Positions 56,017 through 63,157 are shown, numbered from the stretch's first letter. The stretch: DNA of 64,000 nucleotides from a virus (IMGVR_UViG_3300020036_004254), one strand, 5' to 3'. Numbers and translations are program-made. The notes: a model not told the origin generated them from the sequence alone.

Positions 56017-57013
56017 TGAAGCGGGGAGAACGGGGTGCCTAATCCTCGTCAAGGCGATGCGACACCAGCTATGCCTTGTGGTCCAAGTGTGGACGCCCTG
56101 CACGTTTTCTGAAGGAGTTGTCCTTCAGAGTGGTGGAGGTTCGCTGATTAACAAATGAAAGATGGGGTGTTTGGACTCCATAAGAGCAGTGTGTCGCAAG
56201 ACGCATAAAGGTGTGTATCTTTGTAAGCACCGCTGGCCAAAAGCCAGTTCACCCAAACAAGTCTGACCGAGGGGGTATTCGAACACTCCCGCTTCACTGT
56301 AACGGTGGAGATAGGTCTGAAGAGTAGGTAGAGAAGAAAGCCTCATCGACGCTCCGCAAGGAAAGCGGGTGGGGAAGACTGACAGGTGGTGCTGGGTACT
56401 CTACACAACCAACTATTCGAAGACGGATTGGTAACAGATATACACGCATGTCCAAGGGGTTGCACCCAAGGGCTAGGTGTGATGTCGAAAGGTTTGAGCG
56501 GGGTGCTATTCCAAATAGCCTCGCCCTAAATCTTGACAACAGATTAAGTACCCGGAGCAAGGGGAAAGGTAGCCGTGGAGTGTTGCATTCTGGTATCCAA
56601 AAGATACTGGAACAACTGAGGAAGCACTTCACTCAAAGTTCGTTTAGGGTTAGAAGCCCACAATAATTTGGATATTGCCAAACACAAAAAAGGAAAGACT
56701 TCCTCGGTCTTAACGCGAAAAGTAGCATAATGCCTTCCCGTAAGGAAGAAGGCAGATTCGATGGCCCCAAGCCTGACAATCTTTCATGCAGACTCGCACA
56801 TAATCTCCTAGCGGAGACTAACGGCTCGCAAGGTCGGTGGTAGAGAAAACGTGGAGTAGCGTAAGATGACGGTCACACTGTTCAGACCTTAAAAAGAACT
56901 GCTTCGGTTGTCTACTTCCTTGCGGAAGTGGAAAAGAGGGGAAAGGCTGGTGGGGACACTGGCTCATAATCCCTTGAAAGGACGACTACGGAAGGTGTAT
57001 TCTCAGCCTCCCA
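56017..57013 (+). ncRNA. ~1-kb large structured ncRNA, GOLLD-like
   Basis: No credible ORF; many hairpins with GNRA-type loops; 3' ACTTCC/GGAAGTGGA..AAGGTGTATTCTCAGCCT resembles the recalled GOLLD 3' domain; sits in a phage tRNA cluster. Confidence 0.65.
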
Positions 57014-57022
57014 CAATACTAC

Positions 57023-57098
57023 AGCGCATCGGACTCAAGGTCAGGGTCGCCAGTTTCGGGAACTGGATAACAGGTGGATTCGATTTCCACATGCGCTA
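57023..57098 (+). tRNA. tRNA-Pro(CGG), atypical acceptor
   Basis: CCAGT-ttCGGga-ACTGG; AGCGCAT/ATGCGCT. Confidence 0.78.
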
Positions 57099-57189
57099 TC
57101 GGTGGGTCCGACGAATTGCGGTGTGATGGCCGAATGTTCTGAGGATAAGCCGTACATCAATCATTATCATCACAATATTAGGCGATGTA

Positions 57190-57253
57190 TTTCTCGTGGA
57201 CGAATGGCAAGTCGGCGTAGAACGCATGGCGGGTTCGAATCCCCCCGAGAAAA
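57190..57253 (+). ncRNA. tRNA-shaped RNA with miniature anticodon arm
   Basis: TTTCTCG/CGAGAAA; GAC-GAATGGCAA-GTC; GCG-TAGAA-CGC; GGG-TTCGAAT-CCC. Confidence 0.65.
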
Positions 57254-57493
57254 TGGATGGAGAGAGCAAGAAACAATAACAAAAGAATCACCGTGGATGC
57301 GCGGTATAAGGCTTTTGTGAAAACTTCTGTCAGACATGACGGCTCGCCATCCTCTACTGGAATGGAACGGGGACCATTAGTCAGGGAAAAGCGAAGAGAT
57401 AACTTCAAAATGCTCGGTACCGTGATGACGATATCAAATTCTCGGCAATATGTCTACAGAGCATACGTGGTCTGTAAAACCTCTATTGACTAC

Positions 57494-57566
57494 GCCAACT
57501 AAGTTTACGTGGTCGGAACGTCTGTCTGAAGAGCAGAATGGCTCAGTTCAATTCTGAGAGTTGGCA
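57494..57566 (+). tRNA. tRNA-Phe(GAA)
   Basis: TCTGT-ctGAAga-GCAGA; GCCAACT/AGTTGGC. Confidence 0.88.
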
Positions 57567-57567
57567 C

Positions 57568-57642
57568 TGGCGCATAGCTTAGTCTGGTCTAAAGCAGTAT
57601 CCCGACACGATACGAGCGGGAGTTCGAATCTCTCTGTGCCAA
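57568..57642 (+). tRNA. tRNA-Val(GAC), C33
   Basis: GTATC-ccGACac-GATAC; TGGCGCA/TGTGCCA. Confidence 0.85.
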
Positions 57643-57709
57643 TTTTAGGTTGTAGAGATATTCAAACGTATAAATACTCTTTGGTTAGTTATCCCAAGGA
57701 GATTTGAAT

Positions 57710-58318
57710 ATGACGATGACCAGAAAAGAAGTTTGTGTATTAGCGGGTGCGGGTGCCGCAAAATACAACAGAAAACAAAAACAGAAAAGAATATCAGAAT
57801 ACAATAAAACGCCAACACGCTGTATGACTTGTACAGCCCCACTTGTATATGAAAAAAGAAAGTATAAATTCTGTTCGAAAAAGTGTGCAGGGGTGGAAAA
57901 CGGCAAAAGATTTCCAAAAAGAAAAAGAGTGCCGCGCTGGTGTGTATACTGCAAAAAAGAAACCAAAAAATATGGAAAATATTGTGATAAGAAGTGCGAG
58001 TTTTCTCACAAAGACGAAAAAAGATTAGAAAAACTGAAAAATGGATTGGTGAAAGATAGAAGAGTTTTGAGAACCTTTTTGATAGAAACTCGCGGATATA
58101 AGTGTGAGTTGTGTTCAAATAATGGGTCACACAATGGTTTAAAATTGATTTTAGAAATTGACCACGTTGATGGAAATTCTGATGATTCTTCTCCAAAAAA
58201 CATAAGATTTTTGTGCCCCAATTGTCACAGTCAACAACCGACTTCTGCTGGTGGCATTAAAAACAAAAAGTTTCACAAAAGAAACCTGATAATGCACCGA
58301 AGAAGTATGCCGCTATAG
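57710..58318 (+). CDS. HNH homing-type endonuclease with zinc fingers
   Basis: CELC..LEIDHVDG..NIRFLCPNCHSQ; own TATAAATA at 57669; AT-rich. Confidence 0.85.
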   Translation: MTMTRKEVCVLAGAGAAKYNRKQKQKRISEYNKTPTRCMTCTAPLVYEKRKYKFCSKKCAGVENGKRFPKRKRVPRWCVYCKKETKKYGKYCDKKCEFSHKDEKRLEKLKNGLVKDRRVLRTFLIETRGYKCELCSNNGSHNGLKLILEIDHVDGNSDDSSPKNIRFLCPNCHSQQPTSAGGIKNKKFHKRNLIMHRRSMPL

Positions 58319-58382
58319 CCAAGTTGGTTAAGGCAGGAGTCTCATAAGCTCCCATGCAACAGTTCGAATCTGTTTAGCGGTA
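58309..58382 (+). tRNA. tRNA-Met/Ile2(CAT), elongator type
   Basis: GGAGT-ctCATaa-GCTCC; GCCGCTA/TAGCGGT. Confidence 0.88.
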
Positions 58383-58443
58383 TCAGGGAGTTAACTGTCC
58401 CCGTAGGGTCCGTCGCGGCGGCTTGTACCCCAACAGTCATTGA

Positions 58444-58516
58444 CGCGGGAATGGAGCAAAAGAGGCTCGCTTGGCTCATAACCAAGAGACGGTAGGCGCA
58501 ATCCCTACACCCGCTA
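58444..58516 (+). tRNA. Initiator-like tRNA-fMet(CAT), divergent
   Basis: CGCGGG start with C1 mismatch; CTTGG-ctCATaa-CCAAG; aberrant T-loop CGCAATC. Confidence 0.7.
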
Positions 58517-58537
58517 TCGTTTAACATAGAGGTCTAT

Positions 58538-58915
58538 ATGAACAATTACGTTCGAACAGAAATTGGGGATTTGCTCCCGTGCTTCAAGTGTGGGAAAGCG
58601 ATGACCGAATCCGCTGGTCCGTGTGGTGGAGACGGGGTTGACTCTCAGGGGAACCAAGGCATTTGGGCGGTTCCCTATAAAGGAACGGAGTTCGACACCA
58701 TGGGGCATTATGGTTCAACATTTTGGGACTCCTTTGAGAGCGAAAGCATCACGATTACAATTTGTGATGAATGCTGTAAAGAACACATTCGCCTCATGCG
58801 GTTTCGTAAGCGTGTGCGATATGGACGTTCGATTGAATTTACACCAGAAGAATACAAGGAATTATATGAGTGGAAATTGGGGCTGGAAACCGGAGAGGGC
58901 ACCGGAAACGGATAA
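58538..58915 (+). CDS. Hypothetical Cys-rich protein
   Basis: CFKC..GHYGSTFWD..ICDEC. Confidence 0.7.
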   Translation: MNNYVRTEIGDLLPCFKCGKAMTESAGPCGGDGVDSQGNQGIWAVPYKGTEFDTMGHYGSTFWDSFESESITITICDECCKEHIRLMRFRKRVRYGRSIEFTPEEYKELYEWKLGLETGEGTGNG

Positions 58916-59017
58916 TGGACGATTCGCTTGTCAAGGAATCTACGGTTGTACCAAGACGGTCAAGCAAGAAGGAACGGCGTGTCTGGCGTGTAAACGTAAA
59001 CTGAAGAGGGATTCTAA

Positions 59018-59290
59018 ATGAACGGTTCTGTGTGTTATTCTCGGGATGGAGAAATTCGATTTCGGGAAAAGTTTTGCTTCTTCAAGTATAGTTTTACTAC
59101 CAAGAAATCCCATATTGATAATCGTGTTTTGTGCGAAGATTGGTACTGGTTGGAGTGGATTACCATCACGGAAGTCTTTACCACCCGTCGAGACGGATTT
59201 GACTATATTAATGAATGGGTTCCGACTTGGGTGGTGTCTGGTCGTCACAAGAAGTGGATTGAAGACCAAATGAAGAAGGCCACCAGATGA
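59018..59290 (+). CDS. Hypothetical protein (paralogue of next ORF)
   Basis: DGEIRFREKFCFF..YWLEWIT. Confidence 0.65.
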   Translation: MNGSVCYSRDGEIRFREKFCFFKYSFTTKKSHIDNRVLCEDWYWLEWITITEVFTTRRDGFDYINEWVPTWVVSGRHKKWIEDQMKKATR

Positions 59291-59505
59291 TTTGGGAAAA
59301 TCGAGTTCTAAAAGATGGGGAAATTCGATATCGCCACAAGTTTTGTTGGTTTCCGTACACGTGGAGATATACGTTTGTAGAACGGACCTATTGGCTCATA
59401 TGGATTACTGTGAAAGAAGAATGGAAATGGAGTAAAACCACGATTAAGTGGTTGCCCGTGAATGTTACAGAAGGAAAGTTGGACTTGACAAACGCCAATT
59501 GGTGA
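59287..59505 (+). CDS. Hypothetical protein (paralogue of previous ORF)
   Basis: DGEIRYRHKFCWF..YWLIWIT. Confidence 0.65.
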   Translation: MIWENRVLKDGEIRYRHKFCWFPYTWRYTFVERTYWLIWITVKEEWKWSKTTIKWLPVNVTEGKLDLTNANW

Positions 59506-59630
59506 GTTAAGCTTAGGATGTTCGTGAACGCACAGTAGGAACTAGTGAAGCGGTGCAAGTAGCGAAAAAGCAAGATGTGAGGCTGAAGTGCAGGGAACTG
59601 GTATCTAGACTGCATACACATCAACCACAT

Positions 59631-59711
59631 GGTGTCGTTGAGCAACTGGCTGGCTCACCAAACTGTAAATTTGGCTCCTAGGACTTGAAGGTTCGACTCC
59701 TTCCGGCACCA
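59631..59711 (+). tRNA. tRNA-Tyr(GTA)
   Basis: CCAAA-ctGTAaa-TTTGG; variable arm; GGTGTCG/CGGCACC. Confidence 0.9.
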
Positions 59712-59788
59712 CTTTAGTAGATAAATAGTAGGGTCACAACCTAGTAATCCAGAAAGGTGCAAGTACCAGATAAACGGTTGTGACATAC

Positions 59789-59861
59789 CCTCGTCAGGTG
59801 TATCGGTTTGCATTTTCGTCTGATAAACGAGAGGTGCCCAGTTCAATTCTGGGGACGAGGA
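59789..59861 (+). tRNA. tRNA-Ile(GAT)
   Basis: TTCGT-ctGATaa-ACGAG; CCTCGTC/GACGAGG. Confidence 0.82.
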
Positions 59862-59987
59862 CTTGGTTTGACGATTAGAGCGTGATGTTGGAAGCGCAAG
59901 ATATGACTTCATGCAGTGAAGAGCGTCGAACTCTTGTTGATACCTTACCGTTGGGTTGCAACGCAATGTCGTAGTGCAAGAAAGAAA

Positions 59988-60060
59988 GGGCGGTTAACTC
60001 AGTGGTAGTAGTGGCAAGCTGTTAACTTGTTCGTCGGGGGTTCGATTCCCTCACCGCCCG
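59988..60060 (+). tRNA. tRNA-Asn(GTT)
   Basis: GCAAG-ctGTTaa-CTTGT; G73. Confidence 0.88.
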
Positions 60061-60106
60061 TTGTAGGAAACGCGCACGATTTTCATGAATCGCGCACGAA
60101 AAATCT

Positions 60107-60178
60107 GGGGAGTAGAGTGTGTTGGGATGCACAAATCTTTTGCAAAGATTGAGAGGGGTTCGATTCCCATACTCTCCA
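60107..60178 (+). tRNA. tRNA-Ala(TGC)
   Basis: AATCT-ttTGCaa-AGATT; G3:U70 present. Confidence 0.85.
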
Positions 60179-60323
60179 CTAAGTAGGTCATTGAGGGCAA
60201 CAATAAAATTCCCCGAAGTCTACGCCGCAAAACGCAGAACATGAGCGAGTTGGTGGGATATGAAAGTAGACACGTTGTTGAGCGACCTGAGCCTACCACC
60301 ACTGTAACATCCAAGGGGTTCTT

Positions 60324-60839
60324 ATGCGAGCCATTGTGCATTTGGGTGGAAACCCCAAGCGACTTCAGACTACGCACATTGAAGTGTTGCGGTATCCAAA
60401 CTCGTTTGTGGTGTTTCTTACACCAGAAAACCCAGAAGAGTGTTTTCGAAAAATGGTCATGGCGGGTGTTCCACGCAAGAAAATCCTGTTTGGGTTTAAG
60501 GGGTGGGATACGCTGACCGGATTTGTTGAGTTGAAGAACATGTTGGTGGGAATGGGTGTCAAGCACATTATCCTTGTCACGGATGAAGGGCACTTGAATC
60601 CTCGTTCGTTGTGGACCGCGAAGATTGTGTTTTTCATGTGTGGTATCAAGATTACTGGTGCGGCACACCCGTCATCGTACAAAGACCCATGGACTCGTGT
60701 GGTGGTAGATGTCTTTCGTGCCGTGGTTCATACCTGTACAGACATTCTGTTGTACAATCCAAAGATTCGCAAAGAAAGAGAGTTGAGTATTGCGGGTTTC
60801 AAGCGGGAGTACCTTGACAAAGTTGCACGTGTAGTATAA
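60324..60839 (+). CDS. YdcF/ElyC (DUF218)-like protein
   Basis: VHLGG..R, WDTLTGF, ILVTDEGHLNPRS. Confidence 0.6.
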   Translation: MRAIVHLGGNPKRLQTTHIEVLRYPNSFVVFLTPENPEECFRKMVMAGVPRKKILFGFKGWDTLTGFVELKNMLVGMGVKHIILVTDEGHLNPRSLWTAKIVFFMCGIKITGAAHPSSYKDPWTRVVVDVFRAVVHTCTDILLYNPKIRKERELSIAGFKREYLDKVARVV

Positions 60840-60859
60840 GTTGTACTTGTAGTATAGAA

Positions 60860-60932
60860 GGGCCTATCGTCTATCGGAAAGGATTTTTCCCTGTCACGGA
60901 AAAGAGCGCGGGTTCAACTCCCCGTAGGCCCG
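60860..60932 (+). tRNA. tRNA-Asp(GTC)
   Basis: TTTCC-ctGTCac-GGAAA; promoter TTGACA-N17-TAAGTT at 60814-60842. Confidence 0.9.
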
Positions 60933-60944
60933 TTTACTTACATT

Positions 60945-61205
60945 ATGGAGGTTCTTGTGAGAAAGGCTACGTTGAAGAAAGAAGTCAAGACCAGAAAAAT
61001 CGTCTATTGTGTGTTCACCACGGATGATGACGGGTTCATGCGCGAACCCATGCGTAGTGGGTATTACGGGAGAGAACACATATTCAACAGATATGGATAC
61101 GATACGCCGGAACAGGCGTATGACGCCATTGAAAAGGAAACCAGCTACGGTGGATACTTCGTTGTGCCCAAGATGACTATCGATACGGAGTACGTATGGG
61201 AGTAA
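60945..61205 (+). CDS. Hypothetical protein
   Basis: GYDTPEQAYDAI, similar to next ORF; start may be GTG at 60957. Confidence 0.6.
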   Translation: MEVLVRKATLKKEVKTRKIVYCVFTTDDDGFMREPMRSGYYGREHIFNRYGYDTPEQAYDAIEKETSYGGYFVVPKMTIDTEYVWE

Positions 61206-61513
61206 GACCCAAAAAGATTAAAACTCCACCACCTCAGTTAGAAGAGGTGGTGGAGAAGGAAATCCGGTGGTTCATCAGGGAAATCACTGAAGAGGGTCAT
61301 ATACTTCCTAGACACGATGGGTTTGAGTACAACGGGTATAATTCTCTAGAAGAAGCGCAAGAAGATATTCTCCGTTATCTGAGGAGAATGAATGACAATA
61401 TGTATGAGTATCACACTCCAACATTGTATAATGGTCAAACAAGTGGATTCAGGGCAAAATTCTTTGTCATTCCACAAATTTATGTACATGTATTTCATCG
61501 GGTAGTGCAGTAA
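61196..61513 (+). CDS. Hypothetical protein
   Basis: GYNSLEEAQEDI. Confidence 0.6.
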   Translation: MGVRPKKIKTPPPQLEEVVEKEIRWFIREITEEGHILPRHDGFEYNGYNSLEEAQEDILRYLRRMNDNMYEYHTPTLYNGQTSGFRAKFFVIPQIYVHVFHRVVQ

Positions 61514-61586
61514 TATTACAGCAATCACATTTCACAAGGAGAGGACCATGACTAGAATTCTATAGCCCCTTAACAAGGAGTTTTCT

Positions 61587-62156
61587 ATGCATGGCAGTAA
61601 GAAGTGGATTCAGGACTATCGTGGTCGGTGGAAGCGGTCGAGTGACCGCACCAAGAAAGACTATTACGCTGGTCTGAGGAAGTGGAAGGTGCCGTATCGT
61701 TTGAGATACGGTCAAGAAAACCCAGACACCGGGGAATTCTGCCCCCAGTGCAAGCACGTGCAGAAGTCGTTGCACAACGATTATGTGACCTATTACGCCG
61801 TCCGGAATCAGGTGCGACAGGAATGGAAGACGTTGTTCGGTGATTCGTACTGGGTCAAGGTTGACGGCAAGTCGTTGTACTTCGAGGACTATTTCCATCA
61901 GCACAAAGACTATCCGGGTCCGTTGTGGAACTACGACCTTCGTAGCTACCTGTGCTTCAAGCACGAGCGCATGTACGAGCAGGAGCGGGAAATGTGGTAC
62001 GACAACTACCACGGGAAGAAGCGTGGCAGTCAGTGGACCATCAAGCACGAGCGACAGAAGTACCGCCGTCAGGTCAAGCAGAAGATGGCGAGGGCCAAGT
62101 ACGACGAGGAGGTCTACGACGAGATTCTTCCCCCGAGGAGAGGGTGGTTGGATTGA
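61587..62156 (+). CDS. Basic aromatic-rich hypothetical protein
   Basis: AAGGAG RBS; CPQC..CFKH. Confidence 0.7.
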   Translation: MHGSKKWIQDYRGRWKRSSDRTKKDYYAGLRKWKVPYRLRYGQENPDTGEFCPQCKHVQKSLHNDYVTYYAVRNQVRQEWKTLFGDSYWVKVDGKSLYFEDYFHQHKDYPGPLWNYDLRSYLCFKHERMYEQEREMWYDNYHGKKRGSQWTIKHERQKYRRQVKQKMARAKYDEEVYDEILPPRRGWLD

Positions 62157-62313
62157 CCCTTGACAAGTACCAATCGATGTAGTAGGTTAGATGTGCATCA
62201 CACAATGTGCCGATTCGGAATAAATGAAAATAATGGGGCAAAGGGCAAGGTTCGTGGGTCACAATCTCCCCCACCAAGTAACCAAAAGGTCTAACGGGTT
62301 GTGTGATGTGTTC

Positions 62314-62388
62314 GCCAGTGTACGAGAAGAGGCATATCGGGGGGATTTAAAATCCCTTGCTTTGTGGGTTCGAGGCCCACCACTGGCA
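62314..62388 (+). tRNA. tRNA-Leu(TAA), short variable region
   Basis: GGGGA-ttTAAaa-TCCCT; GCCAGTG/CACTGGC-A. Confidence 0.82.
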
Positions 62389-62446
62389 TGGATAGAGCGA
62401 GAGGTTTCACTTGTATAAATACATGTGACTCTTTCGCGGAAGGAAA

Positions 62447-63067
62447 ATGGGTGTATGTAAGCATTGTGGTAAAGGTTTTGATATTTCAGAAAAACCAAAA
62501 GGTTGGATGGCTAATCACACAAGATGGTGTTCTGAAAATCCAAAATCAAAGATTCACAAAGACAATATGATTTTTGCTCGTTCTTGCATTAAAGAACACA
62601 GCAATCAACACATAAAGGCCAAAAAAATAGGAAGTGGCGGCTTTCTTGTTTCAAAGGAAACAAGATTGAAATTGTCGATAGCTGGTTCTAAAAGAAAACA
62701 CACCAAAGAAAGTATTGAAAAAATGAGTGTTTCTGCTCGTCTTTCAAAACACAGAAGACTGAGAAAAAAAATGATTGAGTATAAAGGAATTATGCTTGAT
62801 TCGTCTTGGGAACTAGCTCTTGCAAAAAGATTAGATAAACTTGGTGTGTTGTGGGTCAGACCTGAACCTCTCGTCTATTTCGATAGACAAGGAAAAGAGA
62901 GACATTATTTCCCTGATTTTTTTCTTCCAGAATACAACACATTTCTTGACCCCAAAAATCCACAAGCATATAAAGTACAAAAAGAAAAGATAGACCTTCT
63001 AAACGAACAGTTTTCAAACATTTTCTTCATCAGAACGTTATCTGATGTTGAGAAATATACGCCCTAG
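62447..63067 (+). CDS. Zinc-finger/NUMOD3-like plus PD-(D/E)XK endonuclease
   Basis: CKHC..H..C; KHTKESIEKMS; DSSWE..YFPDF..DPK; TATAAATA at 62414. Confidence 0.78.
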   Translation: MGVCKHCGKGFDISEKPKGWMANHTRWCSENPKSKIHKDNMIFARSCIKEHSNQHIKAKKIGSGGFLVSKETRLKLSIAGSKRKHTKESIEKMSVSARLSKHRRLRKKMIEYKGIMLDSSWELALAKRLDKLGVLWVRPEPLVYFDRQGKERHYFPDFFLPEYNTFLDPKNPQAYKVQKEKIDLLNEQFSNIFFIRTLSDVEKYTP

Positions 63068-63135
63068 TATTGGCCCTGACTTCTAATCAGAAGGCGCATA
63101 ACTGGAATATGGGGGTTCGAATCCCTTCTGGGGCA
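63061..63135 (+). tRNA. Rearranged tRNA-Arg(TCT) with D-loop-like sequence after the anticodon arm
   Basis: GCCCTAG/CTGGGGC; CTGA-ctTCTaa-TCAG only ~8 nt after the acceptor; AACTGGA follows it; canonical T arm. Confidence 0.7.
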
Positions 63136-63157
63136 TCATCATCTTTATGGAGACACA

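Noticed and set aside
49126-57502. Short ORFs over tRNA/ncRNA sequence (e.g. 49530, 51822, 56294, 56448, 56908, 57102)
   Set aside because: They overlap tRNAs or highly structured RNA and lack RBS and protein-like composition
58385-58443. Theta/HDV-like ribozyme after tRNA-Met (CTG-TCCCCG-TAG resembles P3/L3)
   Set aside because: No consistent P1 helix or J4/2 motif could be built
60071-60099. Operator-like direct repeat CGCGCACGA x2
   Set aside because: Two 9-bp copies only, not noticed elsewhere in the window
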